Shown: positions 47,790-58,301, numbered from the stretch's first letter. The stretch is 64,000 nt of DNA from Candidatus Nealsonbacteria bacterium (GCA_019923605.1 JAHXGM010000001.1:398-64397), one strand, 5' to 3'. Made by a program: numbers and translations. The notes: a model not told the origin generated them from the letters alone.

Positions 47790-48503
47790 CTATTTCAACA
47801 CCGAAATATAGTTCTTCAGCATAAAAATAGTATCAGCTTTCAAATGTTTTTTAATCCACTCTTTTTCTTTTTCGCCACCGACTAATTCTCCCAATCCCTG
47901 GAGCATCTGACTACCTTTTCTTTTCTCTATGAACAAAAAACATTCTTCTAAGTATTCTTTGACTGATTTGCCAGTTTTTCTCTCAATTAATTCTTTATTA
48001 ATATCCCAATTATTTTTAGCAAAATAGTGAATATCATAAATATCTCGCATAGCAGTTTCTTTGCGATGAATCAGTGCAAATAACTTACTAGAAAACAAAT
48101 AATCCTTTCTAGCGACAAACATTGGGATGCCTAGATGCTCTCTTATTTCATAATACTCTTTGATATTTCCCATCAACTCTTTGGTGCTAATTTCAATCTT
48201 TATATTATGTTCATTATCACCATAAGAAAGCAGAGCAAACAATGTAAATTTTTTAATATATTGGTTCTTAATATCCCCATATTTACTCAATATATCAATA
48301 ATCTTTTCAAATACTATTTTTTCATTCTCTTTCTCCTTTGAAAGAAGATCAAAATCTAAATCAACCGAAAATCTTGATAAGTTGTAAAAAAAGTAGGCAC
48401 AGGTTCCTCCCTTAAGTCCTAAAAGAGGACTAATAGAAACATCAGAATAAAAATCTCTTAGAATTTTTCCCATAATTAGCTGGTGTTTTTCTCTATTTAG
48501 CAT
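47790..48503 (-). CDS. AbiEii/AbiGii family nucleotidyltransferase toxin
   Basis: LKGGT, RFSVDLDF, IKIEI, KLFA..R..RDIYD. Confidence 0.92.
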   Translation of the reverse strand: MLNREKHQLIMGKILRDFYSDVSISPLLGLKGGTCAYFFYNLSRFSVDLDFDLLSKEKENEKIVFEKIIDILSKYGDIKNQYIKKFTLFALLSYGDNEHNIKIEISTKELMGNIKEYYEIREHLGIPMFVARKDYLFSSKLFALIHRKETAMRDIYDIHYFAKNNWDINKELIERKTGKSVKEYLEECFLFIEKRKGSQMLQGLGELVGGEKEKEWIKKHLKADTIFMLKNYISVLK

Positions 48504-49065
48504 GTTCTTTTTGATATTTACCCAGACGCTTTACTAACTGTTTGTTATTATAAACTTTTACTATTTCAATACATCTTTCCCAATTTATTGAATTTAAGTT
48601 GTCAAAATAATAGCCTGGAAATAAATAAAGCATATCTAAAAATGCCCTTTCTTTGGTAGCAATACCATAATTACTCTTATTAATAATTCCTGTTGGATTA
48701 AACAAAATATCCTCTTTTAATTTTCTAAAAGTAAAAAAACTTTTATCTATTTTTTTTGACAGAGAGTACGGACCAGCAACAAAAATTGTATCGTAATGTT
48801 GAAAGATAACACCATTTTCTCGAAGAACAGTTTCAAAGCTGATATAAGAGGGGGTATAAATACTGACCGCTAGTTCTTTTACATCAAAGTTTTTATCTTT
48901 TGCAAAAACTCCTCTAGTCATCCTAATCAACGCTTTTTGTTTCACATAATATGAAATCTTAGAGTACAAATTTGCTTTATCATTTATCTGCCAAATTAAA
49001 GCCAGATCCTTGTTGGTTAAGATCGTCTTAGGAGATTGATATAATTTCGCTATTAAGCTGTCCAT
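48493..49065 (-). CDS. AbiEi family antitoxin
   Basis: N-terminal wHTH (LIRMTRGVF), PSYISFETVL, ATKERAFLDMLY; overlaps the toxin start. Confidence 0.88.
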   Translation of the reverse strand: MDSLIAKLYQSPKTILTNKDLALIWQINDKANLYSKISYYVKQKALIRMTRGVFAKDKNFDVKELAVSIYTPSYISFETVLRENGVIFQHYDTIFVAGPYSLSKKIDKSFFTFRKLKEDILFNPTGIINKSNYGIATKERAFLDMLYLFPGYYFDNLNSINWERCIEIVKVYNNKQLVKRLGKYQKEHAK

Positions 49066-49077
49066 GTTAATTTATCT

Positions 49078-49133
49078 AATGGAACTAATAATTTATCACA
49101 GTTCCATTGTATATTATTGGAAAGTTTTGTCAA
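49078..49133 (-). promoter_or_regulatory. abiE promoter with inverted-repeat operator
   Basis: Minus TTGACA-N16-TACAAT; IR AATGGAACT-N13-AGTTCCATT (49078-49108) overlapping the -10/+1 region. Confidence 0.7.
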
Positions 49134-49175
49134 ATTACAAATAAGAAGATAAATAAGATTAATTCTTAGCTTTTT

Positions 49176-50078
49176 TTACATAAAACTATTAACAATATCT
49201 TTTGACTCTTTGAAATTTTTCACCCAATAAATTCGCTGATCATTTTTCCACCAATTCATTTGTTTTTTACTAAACTTGATAGTATCTCTTAAAAGATTTT
49301 CTTTCATTTCTTCATAAGATATTTTATTCTGTAGATATTTTGCAATCCATTCATACTCAAGTCCAAACGACTCAAGTCTTTTCCAAGAAAGACCCGAGGA
49401 TCTTAATTCTTTAACCTCCTTTATCATCCCTTGGTCTAGTCTAAGTTCCAATCTTTTTTTAATAGCTTTGTCTAAATCTTTTTGATTCTTTTTGATTCCT
49501 ATGAATAGTGTATTATAGGCAGGATTTTCTTTTACTGAAGGTACTGGTTTTTTTGTTTTTATGACTATCTCTATGGCCCTTATTAATCTTCTGGGATTAT
49601 CTTTTTCTATATTTTTAGCTCTTTGAGGATCAATAGATTTAAGGAGTTGATAAAGTTCTTCAGTACTTTTCTTGCTCAGTTTTTCTCTGAGTTTCCAGTC
49701 AGGCGTTACTTTGGGTATAATTACTCCATCGGTAATGGATTTGATATAGAAACCACTTCCGCCACATAGAATTGGTAGTTTACCTCTTTCTATTATTTGA
49801 CCTATCTTTTGATAGGCTATTTTTTGATATTGAGCAACACTAAACTTCCTTTTTGGACTGGCAACGTCTAAGAGGTGGTGTGAGATTCCTTTTGTTTCCT
49901 TTTTAGTTATTTTTCCGCTTCCAATATCTAGCCCCTTATAGACTTGTCTTGAGTCAGCGGAAATTATTTCGCCATTATATTGATTGGCAATCTTAACAGC
50001 CAAGCTACTCTTGCCTGAGGCGGTCGGTCCGATTATTACAATTAACTTTAGTTTGTCAGATCTCCCTCGAGTCCCCAT
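49176..50078 (-). CDS. miaA: tRNA dimethylallyltransferase
   Basis: GPTASGKS, SADSRQVY, HHLLD, GGSGFY, RRLIRAIE. Confidence 0.97.
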   Translation of the reverse strand: MGTRGRSDKLKLIVIIGPTASGKSSLAVKIANQYNGEIISADSRQVYKGLDIGSGKITKKETKGISHHLLDVASPKRKFSVAQYQKIAYQKIGQIIERGKLPILCGGSGFYIKSITDGVIIPKVTPDWKLREKLSKKSTEELYQLLKSIDPQRAKNIEKDNPRRLIRAIEIVIKTKKPVPSVKENPAYNTLFIGIKKNQKDLDKAIKKRLELRLDQGMIKEVKELRSSGLSWKRLESFGLEYEWIAKYLQNKISYEEMKENLLRDTIKFSKKQMNWWKNDQRIYWVKNFKESKDIVNSFM

Positions 50079-51298
50079 GATAAAGATTTATTAACTTTTA
50101 TTTTAACAAAATTACCCACTAGAGATCTTGGGCCTTTTACTTTTATACTCTTATATTCTTTTGTTTTTCCAATAATAAATCCATCTTTTTCTTTTTCTAT
50201 TAAAGCTTCTACGGTCTTATTAATTAGAAATTTATTTCTTTGCTGGTTGTTCTTCATTAAAATTTCATTTATTATCGTCCAGCGCCTCTCTTTTTCAACA
50301 TTAGAAATATCATCTTTTAATTTAAACGATGGTGTTCCTGGGCGAGGGGAGTACTTTGAAATGTAGGCCATATCATATGGGATTTCTCTGAAAAGATCTG
50401 CGGTTTTTTGAAATTGTTCTTCTGTTTCTTTTGGGAAACCAACGATAACATCAGTTGATAAAGTTAGGTCGGGCAGTTCTTTTTTTATTTTTTGAACGAA
50501 TTTCTTATAATCAGATATTTTGTAAGGCCTATTCATTCTTTCCAATATTTCATCATCTCCAGATTGAACCGGAAGATGTAGGTATTTGGTAATTTTTTCA
50601 GAACCTTTGATAATTTCAATAAGTTCGTCAGAAAAATCTTTAGGATGAGAGCTTGTAAAACGAATCCAGAAATTACCAGGAACTTTTTCTACTTCCTTAA
50701 TTAGTTGGCAGAAATTAACTTCTTTTCCTTTAGAGTCCTTTCCTTTGTATGAATTAACATTTTGTCCTAATAACCAAACTTCTTTATTTCCTTTTTCATT
50801 AGCAAGGCGAACTTCTTCTATGATGTCGTCTAGTGGTCTTGATAATTCTCTTCCTCTGGTATAGGGGACAACGCAATAGCTACAAAAGTTATTACAGCCA
50901 GTCATAATTGGTATCAAGGCCGTTAATCCTCCTTGATTTTTTGGTTTGATTTTAAAGTAATTATCAAGATCCTTCTTGTTTAGTCCGTCAATTATTTCTG
51001 GCCAAGCCAGAAGGTCTTTTGTGTCTAAAATTAAATCAGCTTTCTTAGATAGTTTTTTACCATCTCTTTTTAGTATACATCCGGTGACAATAACTTTTCC
51101 GTTTTTAATATTTTCAATTTGACCATAAATTCTATTTACAGCCGATTGTCTGATTGAACATGAATTTATAACTACAAGGTCAGCATTATACTTGTCTTCA
51201 ACAAAAGAATAGCCCATGTCTTCAAGGACAGAGCTAATTCTCTCACTGTCAGAATGATTAGTCTGACAGCCATAGGTAATAATGTGATATTTTTTCAT
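50048..51298 (-). CDS. miaB: tRNA methylthiotransferase MiaB
   Basis: TYGCQTN, NSCSIR, GCNNFCSYCVVP, LHLPVQSG, YSPRPGT, TRAM domain. Confidence 0.95.
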   Translation of the reverse strand: MKKYHIITYGCQTNHSDSERISSVLEDMGYSFVEDKYNADLVVINSCSIRQSAVNRIYGQIENIKNGKVIVTGCILKRDGKKLSKKADLILDTKDLLAWPEIIDGLNKKDLDNYFKIKPKNQGGLTALIPIMTGCNNFCSYCVVPYTRGRELSRPLDDIIEEVRLANEKGNKEVWLLGQNVNSYKGKDSKGKEVNFCQLIKEVEKVPGNFWIRFTSSHPKDFSDELIEIIKGSEKITKYLHLPVQSGDDEILERMNRPYKISDYKKFVQKIKKELPDLTLSTDVIVGFPKETEEQFQKTADLFREIPYDMAYISKYSPRPGTPSFKLKDDISNVEKERRWTIINEILMKNNQQRNKFLINKTVEALIEKEKDGFIIGKTKEYKSIKVKGPRSLVGNFVKIKVNKSLSWGLEGDLTN

Positions 51299-51300
51299 GC

Positions 51301-52908
51301 CTATAGTTTTTCTTTCTTTTCTTTAAGGAAGTAGCGCCATTGCTCAATAAATTCAACGAAAATTGAGTATGGCATATCAAGGAGGGCGTTAAATAGGGTA
51401 GAGAGTAGATTATATCTTTTCCATCTTATTGTAAGCCATCTTCCCAGATGTATTATAGGAAGGGCAAAGAAATCTACTAGAGTGTCAAGGAAAGTATCTC
51501 TTTCTTCAACCATCTGAAGGGCTCTTGCCTTTTGCCTTATTTTAGTCCCTGCGAAAGCGATTAAGGAGAGGAAAGTTATAAATATTGGATAAGAAAAGGG
51601 AGGGAAGTTTATTTTATTAAGTCCCCAAACTATAACTCCAATAGATGCAAGGGTACTAAGTAAATATACAGCAGTTATTATGAGTCCAAATATCGGCCCC
51701 CTTTTTCTGAAAGACTTAATGTCATAAGTTTCTTTCTTTTCTCTCTCGTAAGCTATTTTTATAGTTTCCATGATAACTTTCTCTATATTTCCTTTTGGCG
51801 GATCCTTTACGGTTAATGCCAAAAAGGCCATGAGCATTGTTGGAACAAAGATATTGACTAGGGTAGAGGTCATTGTGAATTGGCCAAAATATCTAGTCAG
51901 TTGTATTTCTATAGTAAATAGGAATAATATATCTGTTATAAAAATAGAGATAATTGAATAGAAAGCAGCTCTTCTGATTTTAATTCTAAGATTCTTAACT
52001 CTTTTATTATATTTTTCTTTAATTAAGGATTCTAATTTTTTAGGATCCATCATTTTTTCTTCGGCTCCTAATGGGTCTTCGGAAATAATATCATCAAGTA
52101 TAAAATAGGGCGTATTATATCTTTGACAGATATTGTTTATCTTTCCTGCTAAAGGGTGATTAAGATTAGCGTCTATTCCATTTTTAATATCGTATATCCC
52201 AGAAGCAACAATATTAATATATTCGGGAGATAAATTGGACCAATTTGGGAATTTATATTTTATTAAGTGATAACTAATGACTGAATAATCAAGGTCAAAT
52301 AAAGCTTTTTGGATACTTACGAAAATTTGAATATTTTTTTCCTCTTCTGATATTTGCTGATCCTTACTTAATTTTATTTTAGTCTTCATCTGCTCGTACA
52401 TATGCTCCATCAGAGCCCTTTCTTTTATAGAAGGTGATAGTATTTCTTCAATCTCGCAAGCAGCTATTGATGAAATCCATTGATATAGGTTTAAGCGTGA
52501 ATCATTTTTATCGGCTGGGCTGTTATTAAGAATTTGAATATATTTGTCTATTACTCTTTGGACTTCTTTTATCTTCAGTTCTTCAATTGAATTATTTGGA
52601 AAATGACCAGATCTGATTAGCTCCAAAACAAGAGGTTCAGCGGATATATATATTTTAATAAACTCTCCCGCACTGAGATTTATATGTGGTAGCATTCTTC
52701 TTCGTAGATTTCGCTCAATGACACCTTTTTTAAGAAGATGCTCTTCTTTCCAGTCAATAAACTCTCTTATTTTTTCATAAAAAGCAGCTACTCGTGAAGC
52801 GACTTCATCAACATGAATGGTTGTGATACCTTCTTTTGGCTCTAATGAATAGTGCCACTTTTTGTATTGCTCAATGAGCTTTTTTGTTTGTTTGGATATT
52901 TCAGACAT
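51301..52908 (-). CDS. Hypothetical membrane protein (large soluble N-terminal region, about 4 C-terminal TMs)
   Basis: 535-aa ORF tightly packed between dnaE and miaB. Confidence 0.8.
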   Translation of the reverse strand: MSEISKQTKKLIEQYKKWHYSLEPKEGITTIHVDEVASRVAAFYEKIREFIDWKEEHLLKKGVIERNLRRRMLPHINLSAGEFIKIYISAEPLVLELIRSGHFPNNSIEELKIKEVQRVIDKYIQILNNSPADKNDSRLNLYQWISSIAACEIEEILSPSIKERALMEHMYEQMKTKIKLSKDQQISEEEKNIQIFVSIQKALFDLDYSVISYHLIKYKFPNWSNLSPEYINIVASGIYDIKNGIDANLNHPLAGKINNICQRYNTPYFILDDIISEDPLGAEEKMMDPKKLESLIKEKYNKRVKNLRIKIRRAAFYSIISIFITDILFLFTIEIQLTRYFGQFTMTSTLVNIFVPTMLMAFLALTVKDPPKGNIEKVIMETIKIAYEREKKETYDIKSFRKRGPIFGLIITAVYLLSTLASIGVIVWGLNKINFPPFSYPIFITFLSLIAFAGTKIRQKARALQMVEERDTFLDTLVDFFALPIIHLGRWLTIRWKRYNLLSTLFNALLDMPYSIFVEFIEQWRYFLKEKKEKL

Positions 52909-52916
52909 ATCTTTTT

Positions 52917-55900
52917 TTAATTTTCCAATATTTCTTCCGCTTGGTCACAAATTATTTTTGGAGCGCCATCTCTATGATCTATTTTGCCGGTTATAAAGGC
53001 AATCTTATTTTCTTCAAATACAGAAAGATTTTTTTTCATAGTAGTTGAGAAAACTATAATCTCAATTTTATCAGTCAAATCTTCAAGGCTGACAAAAAGC
53101 ATTGGTTTACCAGATTTTGTAATTATTTTTTTAACTCCAGAAATAATTCCACCAACTCTAATCTTTTGTCCAGATATTGATTTCTTGGCATCAACTAAGG
53201 ATGTTGATCCTTTTCCTAGCACAGCTCGGAAATCATCTAGGGGATGGCTGGTTACAAAAAGACCAAGTAATTCCTTTTCCCATCTTAGCTTATCGCTTCT
53301 TAAAGCCAATGGCGCATTTTCTAGATTAATTTCTTCTTTACTAAAACTACTTTTAGCGAAAAGGGTAGATTGACCATTCAATTTATTCTTATTTAACTCT
53401 CTGGCTCTTTCAAGAATAATATTGATATTAGATAATATTTTATTCCTGTCCATCATCGAATCAAAAACTCCAGCCTTAGTTAAGTTCTCAAGAGACTTTT
53501 TGTTTAAATTTTTAGTTTTAACTCTATTAATAAAATCATTCAATGATTTAAAGTGACCATTCTTTTTTCTTTCCTTAACTATTGCTTCCGTAATCGCCAT
53601 CCCAACATTTTTAATTGCCGCAAGACCAAAGCGAATCTGTTTTTTGTTTGGAACCACACTGAAGAATACATAGCTTTCATTTATGTCAGGAGGGAGTACT
53701 TCAATCTTCATTCTTTTGCATTCCTCGATAAGGAAAGAAATTCTTTCAATATCTTTTCTATCTGAAGTTAGAAGAGATGACATAAATTCACAAGGGTAAT
53801 GCGTCTTAAGGTATGCTGTTTGGTAAGCGATAGTGGCATATCCTGCCGAGTGGCTTTTATTGAAACCATAGCTAGCAAAGGGCATTATCCATTCCCATAC
53901 TTGTTTAGCGACTTCTTTTTGTACACCATTTTCTGTAGCACCATCAATGAACTTGTCTTTTTGTTTCATCAAGAGCTCTCTGTTTTTTTTACCCATCGCC
54001 TTTCTTAATACATCAGCTTCAGCCAATGAAAAGCCTGCAAGATCTTGAGCAATTCTCATTATTTGTTCTTGATAGATGGGGATAGAATATGTTTTTTCAA
54101 GTATTGGTTTTAATTTAGGATGGATATATTCAACTCTTTTTTCTTTATTTTTTCTTGCGATATAGTCAGGGATCAGCTCCATTGGACCGGGCCGATACAA
54201 AGCTAATATAGCAATAATATCTTCAAATTCAGTTGGTTTTAATTGTTTTAAATATCTTTGCATTCCTCCCGATTCTAATTGAAAAATACCAATGGTTTCT
54301 CCTTTCTTTAGAATGTCATAGGTCTTTTTATTATCTAGAGGAATTTTTCCTATATTAATTTTTTCTCCTCTTATGACATATATCTTCGCTAAAGTATCTT
54401 CAATGATAGTCAGGTTTTTAAGTCCCAAAAAATCCATTTTAAGCAATCCAAGACTTTCAATTGATTTCATTTCATATTGAGTGACAATGCCATCTTCATT
54501 TTGACTGGGGTGTTGTAACGGAACAATTTCGTCTAATGGATCCTTAGAGATTACCACTCCACAGGCATGAGTAGAGGCATGTCTTGCCACACCTTCTAGT
54601 TTCTTGGCTATATCGATTAGTTCTTTTGCTTTGGAATCATTATCGTAGAGTTCTTTAAACTCAGAAACATTTTCCAATGTTTCAGATAGTGATAATCCAA
54701 AGGGGACCATTTTAGCCATTAAATCACAGTATAAATATGAATAATTAAGGGCTCTTCCCACATCTCTTATTACAGCTCGAGCAGCCATTGTTCCAAAAGT
54801 AATAATTTGAGCGACTTTATCGTGTCCGTATTTATCAGCAACATAGTGGATTACCTCATCTCTTCTTCTATCGGCAAAATCAAGATCAATATCAGGCATT
54901 GATATTCTTTCTGGATTTAAAAATCTTTCAAATAGTAGATCATATTTAAGCGGATCTATATCAGTAATATTTAGTAAATAGGCGACTAATGATCCTCCTA
55001 CCGATCCTCTTCCTGGCCCCACTATTATTTTATTATTCTTAGCCCAATTAACTAAGTCTTGGACAATTAGGAAGTATGAAGCAAAGCCGGTTTTTTTAAT
55101 AACTTCTAATTCATAATCAAGTCTTTCCATTACTTTTTCGGGAAGATGTTCTTCGCATTTACCTTTCATTCCTTCTAGGCAAAGCTCTCTAAGATATTCA
55201 TTGTATTCTTTTTTTTCAGGAAGGGGGAATGATGGTAATTTTGTTTCGTCAAATTTGAATTCAAAATTACATAGGTCTTTTATTTTCTGTGTATTCTTAA
55301 TTGCTTCGGGAACATCTTTAAAATTATCTGCCATTTCTTCGGGTGACTTAACCGAGAAGTCGTTGTCTTTCATGGTTAATCTTTCCGGATCATTTAATTT
55401 CGCACCAGTATTTATTAACATCAAAACATCTTGAGCTTCTAAGTCTTCTTTTCTTAGATAGTGGCAATCATTTGTAGCAACAAGAGGTATCCCGGTTCTT
55501 TTTGATATTTCTATTAATCCTTTATTAGCGATTACTTGTTCTTTTATATTAGGATGACTTTGTAGTTCAAGATAAAAGTTTCCTTTTCCGAATATTCTTT
55601 GATATTTTAAAGCGGTTTCTTCTGCTTCTTTAATTTTGTTATTAATTACTAGTCGGGGAATTTTTCCTTGTATGCAAGCTGAGAGTGCGATAAGGCCTTC
55701 GGAATGTTTTTCCAATAAATCTTCATCGGCACGAGGTTTATAGTAATATCCTTCGAGATTAGCTTTACTAACTAATTTTACTAAGTTTTGATAACCCTTA
55801 TCATTTTTAACTAACAAAACCAAATGATGTCTTTTGTCATCAATATTGGGTCTTTTTTGGTCCATGGATTCTAAGGCCACATAGACTTCACAGCCTATTA

Positions 55901-56084
55901 TCGGCTTGACCCCTTTTTCTTTAGCTTTCTTAACAAATTCAACGGCTCCGTATAGGACGCCGTGATCAGTTAGGGCGATTGAATCCATGCCCGATTCTTT
56001 TACATAGTCTAAAAGTTCATCAATTTTTGATAAACCATCTAGCAGAGAATAATGTGAGTGAACATGTAGGTGAGTAAAATCCAT
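52917..56084 (-). CDS. dnaE: DNA polymerase III alpha subunit
   Basis: HLHVHSHYSLLDG PHP domain, GPGRGS, MPDIDLD, KMDFLGL, FNKSH, C-terminal OB fold. Confidence 0.99.
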   Translation of the reverse strand: MDFTHLHVHSHYSLLDGLSKIDELLDYVKESGMDSIALTDHGVLYGAVEFVKKAKEKGVKPIIGCEVYVALESMDQKRPNIDDKRHHLVLLVKNDKGYQNLVKLVSKANLEGYYYKPRADEDLLEKHSEGLIALSACIQGKIPRLVINNKIKEAEETALKYQRIFGKGNFYLELQSHPNIKEQVIANKGLIEISKRTGIPLVATNDCHYLRKEDLEAQDVLMLINTGAKLNDPERLTMKDNDFSVKSPEEMADNFKDVPEAIKNTQKIKDLCNFEFKFDETKLPSFPLPEKKEYNEYLRELCLEGMKGKCEEHLPEKVMERLDYELEVIKKTGFASYFLIVQDLVNWAKNNKIIVGPGRGSVGGSLVAYLLNITDIDPLKYDLLFERFLNPERISMPDIDLDFADRRRDEVIHYVADKYGHDKVAQIITFGTMAARAVIRDVGRALNYSYLYCDLMAKMVPFGLSLSETLENVSEFKELYDNDSKAKELIDIAKKLEGVARHASTHACGVVISKDPLDEIVPLQHPSQNEDGIVTQYEMKSIESLGLLKMDFLGLKNLTIIEDTLAKIYVIRGEKINIGKIPLDNKKTYDILKKGETIGIFQLESGGMQRYLKQLKPTEFEDIIAILALYRPGPMELIPDYIARKNKEKRVEYIHPKLKPILEKTYSIPIYQEQIMRIAQDLAGFSLAEADVLRKAMGKKNRELLMKQKDKFIDGATENGVQKEVAKQVWEWIMPFASYGFNKSHSAGYATIAYQTAYLKTHYPCEFMSSLLTSDRKDIERISFLIEECKRMKIEVLPPDINESYVFFSVVPNKKQIRFGLAAIKNVGMAITEAIVKERKKNGHFKSLNDFINRVKTKNLNKKSLENLTKAGVFDSMMDRNKILSNINIILERARELNKNKLNGQSTLFAKSSFSKEEINLENAPLALRSDKLRWEKELLGLFVTSHPLDDFRAVLGKGSTSLVDAKKSISGQKIRVGGIISGVKKIITKSGKPMLFVSLEDLTDKIEIIVFSTTMKKNLSVFEENKIAFITGKIDHRDGAPKIICDQAEEILEN

Positions 56085-56112
56085 AATTTTTAGCGTAGCG
56101 TTTTTCTAACAA

Positions 56113-56790
56113 CTAATCAATTATTCTGTTATATTCCAATCCTTCAAATATTATCTCACCTTTTATGCGACTCTCTTTCATAATCAGGGTTTCTCCTATT
56201 TTTGCATTAAAAAGATTGAAATAACCCCAAAGATTCATTTTTTGAAAATCAGCAAGCCCTGAAATATAGGCCCATTCAAGATCAATTCCTTTTCCAATTT
56301 CTGCTTCTTGAAGAAAGAGGTCTCCGCAAACAGTACCACTATAAGTTTCCATGCTTATAATCTTTATTCCATTTAATTTTAATAAACCCTTTATCGTTGA
56401 TTTATTTAAACTCAAAAATCCTTGGATATTTGATTTTTCAAAGCTTAGGTCGTTTTCGACTTGACCTTTGACTATGTTAAGAGAATTTTTAATTGTAACC
56501 TTAGTTCCCGAGATACTGCCAGATACCTTTACTTCTCCGAGATAGAGAGTGTTATTAACTACTGCTCCATCAAGAATTAGGTCTCCATTTATGGAAGTTT
56601 TTCCAAGATAAACACTTCCCAAGAAGACTGAATTTTTAAAATTGAGCCCACACTTTATCTCTCTATTGGATAGATTCAATTCTTGGATGGTCTTATATGA
56701 AAAATCTGCATCGCGTTTTTCAAATTCAGCCTCTCTTATCTCTTTTTCAGTATCTTGTTGTAATATTACTTTTTGTTGAAATTCTTTCAT
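56113..56790 (-). CDS. Beta-solenoid (pentapeptide-like, 11-aa repeat) protein
   Basis: Repeats GDLILDGAVVN/NTLYLGEVKVS/NDLSFEKSNIQ/GFLSLNKSTIK; ATG 56790 preferred. Confidence 0.7.
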   Translation of the reverse strand: MKEFQQKVILQQDTEKEIREAEFEKRDADFSYKTIQELNLSNREIKCGLNFKNSVFLGSVYLGKTSINGDLILDGAVVNNTLYLGEVKVSGSISGTKVTIKNSLNIVKGQVENDLSFEKSNIQGFLSLNKSTIKGLLKLNGIKIISMETYSGTVCGDLFLQEAEIGKGIDLEWAYISGLADFQKMNLWGYFNLFNAKIGETLIMKESRIKGEIIFEGLEYNRIID

Positions 56791-56870
56791 TATAAGCGAA
56801 GCGTATATAATATTTATAGTGTAGACTATTTCTGTATTATAGGTTAATATTGGCAAAAAAGGAAGATGTT

Positions 56871-57491
56871 ATGAATGATAATTTTTGCTTTGAAAAAAGC
56901 TTGATGAAAAACAGAAGTGATGTTGTTGTGGGGCTGGATGAGGTGGGGAGAGGTTCATTGGCTGGCCCAGTAGTCGCGGCAGCTGTTTTCATTAGGGATT
57001 TTTCTATTTTCAAGGGATTAGATATTCGGGATTCAAAAAGAATGTCTGAAATTAAAAGAGAAAAGTTTTACAGTTCATTTATTAATCATCCTGCGATAGG
57101 ATGGGGGATAGGATCTATTTCGCATACAGAAATAGATAGGGTTAATATATTGAATGCTACTAAAATGGCGATGAGAGAGGCATTACATAACCTTGAAAAG
57201 AAAGAATCCCTAAAAGCTCGGCAATTGGTTATAGATGGTAATTTTGGCTTGGATACTAGATTAACTGAACATTTGATTATAAAAGGAGACGAAACCATTT
57301 TGTCTTGTAAAATCGCAAGTATTATTGCAAAAGTGTTTCGTGACAGGTATATGGTTGATTGTTCAAAAGATTATTTAGAATATAGATTTGATAAAAACAA
57401 GGGGTATGGAACAAGGGATCAGATAGAAGTAATAAAAAGAATTGGCTTTTGTGATATTCATAGAAGAAGTTTTAGTGTAAAGATATTGTAA
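56871..57491 (+). CDS. rnhB: Ribonuclease HII
   Basis: GLDEVGRG, DSK, IDGN, KGD, ASIIAK, NKGYGT, HRRSF; start 56871 (or TTG 56850). Confidence 0.96.
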   Translation: MNDNFCFEKSLMKNRSDVVVGLDEVGRGSLAGPVVAAAVFIRDFSIFKGLDIRDSKRMSEIKREKFYSSFINHPAIGWGIGSISHTEIDRVNILNATKMAMREALHNLEKKESLKARQLVIDGNFGLDTRLTEHLIIKGDETILSCKIASIIAKVFRDRYMVDCSKDYLEYRFDKNKGYGTRDQIEVIKRIGFCDIHRRSFSVKIL

Positions 57492-57514
57492 AAATAGATT
57501 TTCTATGATAGTAT
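57486..57514 (+). promoter_or_regulatory. sigma70-type promoter for the rpmF operon
   Basis: TTGTAA-N17-TAGTAT with TG extended -10. Confidence 0.5.
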
Positions 57515-57566
57515 TCCTTGCAACTTTAATACTTGGAAGTGATTATAAAATTATTTAAATTGAATT

Positions 57567-57842
57567 ATGGCCGTACCAAAAAAGCGTCATACTAAATCCA
57601 GACGCGATAAACGAAGGATGCACATCTTTCTTACAAAACCAGGACTTGGAACTTGTCAGAAGTGTGGGAAAGAAACTATGCCTCATAGAATCTGCGCTAA
57701 TTGCGGATACTATAAAGGCAGGGAAGTGATAGATGTTTTGAAAAAATTAGATAGGAAGGAAAAGAAGCTTAAGAAAAAAGAAATCCAAGACGGTAAAAAA
57801 GTAAAAAAGGATTTGAGCATGGAAGAATTGTCCAAAAAATAA
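57567..57842 (+). CDS. rpmF: 50S ribosomal protein L32 with C-terminal extension
   Basis: MAVPKKR, CQKC..HRICANCGYYKG. Confidence 0.97.
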   Translation: MAVPKKRHTKSRRDKRRMHIFLTKPGLGTCQKCGKETMPHRICANCGYYKGREVIDVLKKLDRKEKKLKKKEIQDGKKVKKDLSMEELSKK

Positions 57843-57857
57843 CCAAGTTGCTCTTTT

Positions 57858-58301
57858 ATGGCATCCAGGCACTTATCACGATCAATAGTTCTGCAATCTC
57901 TCTATGAATGGGATTTTTATGGCAAAAAAGATGGTAACTTAGAGCAGTTTGTAGAAAGAAATGTGGAAGAATTTGGACCGGGTTTAGAAGAGAAAAAGTT
58001 TGTCGGCGATCTTGTTAAGGGGGTAACAGAGAATTTAGAGAGGATAGATGATATTATAAAGATAGTTGCACCTGAATGGCCCATAGATCAGATTGCAATG
58101 GTTGATAGGAATATTTTAAGGATTGGACTCTTTGAACTTATATTCGGGAATCAAGATGAGGTCCCACCAAAAGTAGCAATAAATGAATCTGTCGAGTTAG
58201 CGAAAAACTTTGGAGGAGAGAGTTCGGGAAGATTTGTAAACGGAGTATTAGGAACAGTTTATAGGGAAATGAAAGAGGAAATAGATGATAATCAGAAATA
58301 A
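57858..58301 (+). CDS. nusB: Transcription antitermination factor NusB
   Basis: DRNILR, VAINESVELAK, FVNGVLG. Confidence 0.97.
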   Translation: MASRHLSRSIVLQSLYEWDFYGKKDGNLEQFVERNVEEFGPGLEEKKFVGDLVKGVTENLERIDDIIKIVAPEWPIDQIAMVDRNILRIGLFELIFGNQDEVPPKVAINESVELAKNFGGESSGRFVNGVLGTVYREMKEEIDDNQK

